Both the position numbers and the translations under genes were made by a program. Under the pieces are notes generated by a model. The model did no database searches. It saw only the letters and a list, made by a program, of their open reading frames with translations, and had not been told where the DNA came from. Below, piece after piece: positions 62,878-64,000 of a DNA stretch of 64,000 bases. This DNA is from a virus: positions 21,456 to 85,455 of the IMG/VR virus record IMGVR_UViG_3300013115_000353; one strand, given 5' to 3'. Numbering within the stretch: the first letter of the stretch is position 1; each line of letters opens with the position of its first letter.

Positions 62878-64000
62878 TTAGGTGCCCAGAAGGGCATCAC
62901 GGCATTCGCCGCCCGTACATTTAACTACCTTGTCACAAATTTTATCACCGTCAATTTCAAAGTTAATTGTCACTTCATAGGGTCGGTCCGGCTTTGAAGA
63001 AGTGGCGGGAGTGGTGGCTGCAAAAGCTTGGGCGCCGGTGGCTGCGGCCGCAGCAGTGGGTGCGGCAGTCATTGCCGCTCGTGCAGCAGTTGCCATCAAT
63101 ACTGACATGCTGACTGCTTTATTGTCTGGGATGCTTTTTACTGCTGCTGAAATACGCTCAAATTGTTCTGCAACTATAACCAATTCTGACGAAGATTCTA
63201 CTAGATTTGAAATACTTCCCATAAACTCAGCCAAAGTTTCTAACAGCGGGTGCATAATCATTAGCCCTAATCCTAGATACAACATTGCTGTGCCGAGAAC
63301 ACCCAATCCTAATGCCGCAAAGGGTGCAGCGGCGCCGAGAGCTATCATAACATAACCAAAAGCTCCCAAGGTAGCAACAAACAACATAAAATCAACTATA
63401 GGCATTACTTCAAACAAAGCAGCAAAAGATTTAACCAATTGTGCTAGTCCTAATGCTGCTAATGCTAAACCGCCACCCATCATCAGGGCAGCACCACCAA
63501 CTGCCAGCAAGACACCGACAGCGCCAGCAACCACAACAGCCTGGGGCCCAGCTACGAGCGCAACTATCGCTACCATCATTCCCATAAACGCCACTGTAAA
63601 GACACCTACGGCTATTGCTGCGGGAATTGCCCAAACACCTAAACCTTGGAAAGCTTTAACTAGCTCTGCCAAGCCTAAAGCGGCAATTGCGATGCCGCCA
63701 CCTACCATGAGTGCGGCTGCGCCGACTGCCAACAGGGGCTTAGCGGCTCCTCGTAGAGAGATAGCCAGCGTCCTAAAGGAAGTGCCTAGTAAACCAATAC
63801 CCATAAAAAATGTAGGAGAAGACTTACGTAAAAACAGCGCCCAATAAACCAAACCCACTGCAGCGGCAAAAGCTAAAAAGATGCCAACATTGGCGAGCGT
63901 GGCGGAAGCTAGTGCCCATTCACTTGTTGCAAGAAGTCCTTTCGCTATGGCTGCGGCCTTCGACTTTAGTGTTATCGCTGTCAGCCAGCCTGCATATGTG
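62878..64000 (-). CDS. Tail tape-measure protein, C-terminal part (runs off the window end)
   Basis: Frame open to the window end; Ala/Gly-rich hydrophobic repeats; C-terminal VTINFEIDG..I. Confidence 0.75.
   Translation of the reverse strand, partial: TYAGWLTAITLKSKAAAIAKGLLATSEWALASATLANVGIFLAFAAAVGLVYWALFLRKSSPTFFMGIGLLGTSFRTLAISLRGAAKPLLAVGAAALMVGGGIAIAALGLAELVKAFQGLGVWAIPAAIAVGVFTVAFMGMMVAIVALVAGPQAVVVAGAVGVLLAVGGAALMMGGGLALAALGLAQLVKSFAALFEVMPIVDFMLFVATLGAFGYVMIALGAAAPFAALGLGVLGTAMLYLGLGLMIMHPLLETLAEFMGSISNLVESSSELVIVAEQFERISAAVKSIPDNKAVSMSVLMATAARAAMTAAPTAAAAATGAQAFAATTPATSSKPDRPYEVTINFEIDGDKICDKVVKCTGGECRDALLGT

Noticed and set aside
5-63634. All plus-strand ORFs in the track (e.g. 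938-1624, 2173-2835, 30601-31179, 51502-51996, 57761-58264)
   Set aside because: They lie antisense to well-supported minus-strand genes, lack RBS and motifs, and read as shadow frames.
1-64000. Alternative genetic code (stop-codon reassignment)
   Set aside because: Conserved genes are full length in the standard code, and TAA, TAG and TGA are all used as stops at tight gene junctions.

Overview
This 64 kb window is most likely a segment of a large, probably tailed (myovirus-like or jumbo) dsDNA bacteriophage. Every gene I can support lies on the minus strand in the standard genetic code. In transcription order (right to left) it carries four blocks. (1) A tail/baseplate block: tape-measure C-terminus, tube-initiator-like protein, LysM/gp53-like protein and a large hub-like protein. 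(2) A replication and nucleotide block: stand-alone PolA polymerase domain, divergent FtsZ/tubulin-like protein, gp32-like SSB, RecA, deaminase, 5'-3' exonuclease, DnaB-type helicase, class II RNR, DnaE, dUTPase, IMPDH/GMPR, two DNA methyltransferases and a candidate endonuclease. (3) Proteostasis and accessory genes: GroEL, GroES, two ClpP, a J-domain protein, proteases, IscA, an endolysin, tail-fibre-like proteins and a nucleotidyltransferase. (4) A roughly 14 kb hypervariable early region, which is the most unusual part. It holds about 30 short KOW/SH3-like genes chained by a conserved dual-frame DNA junction (GAGGTKATMARTGAAAGTCGGTGA) that encodes the ribosome-binding site, the upstream '...EVINESR*' and the downstream 'MKVGDLV'. 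The chain is punctuated by nine copies of a triple-TTGAC sigma70-type promoter repeat. The region also has three canonical tRNAs, one rearranged D-armless tRNA-like gene with a UAU anticodon, and two candidate structured ncRNAs. All product calls come from motif recognition by eye; no database search was run. Several small ORFs under 60 aa and several corrected start codons were read by hand from the sequence.
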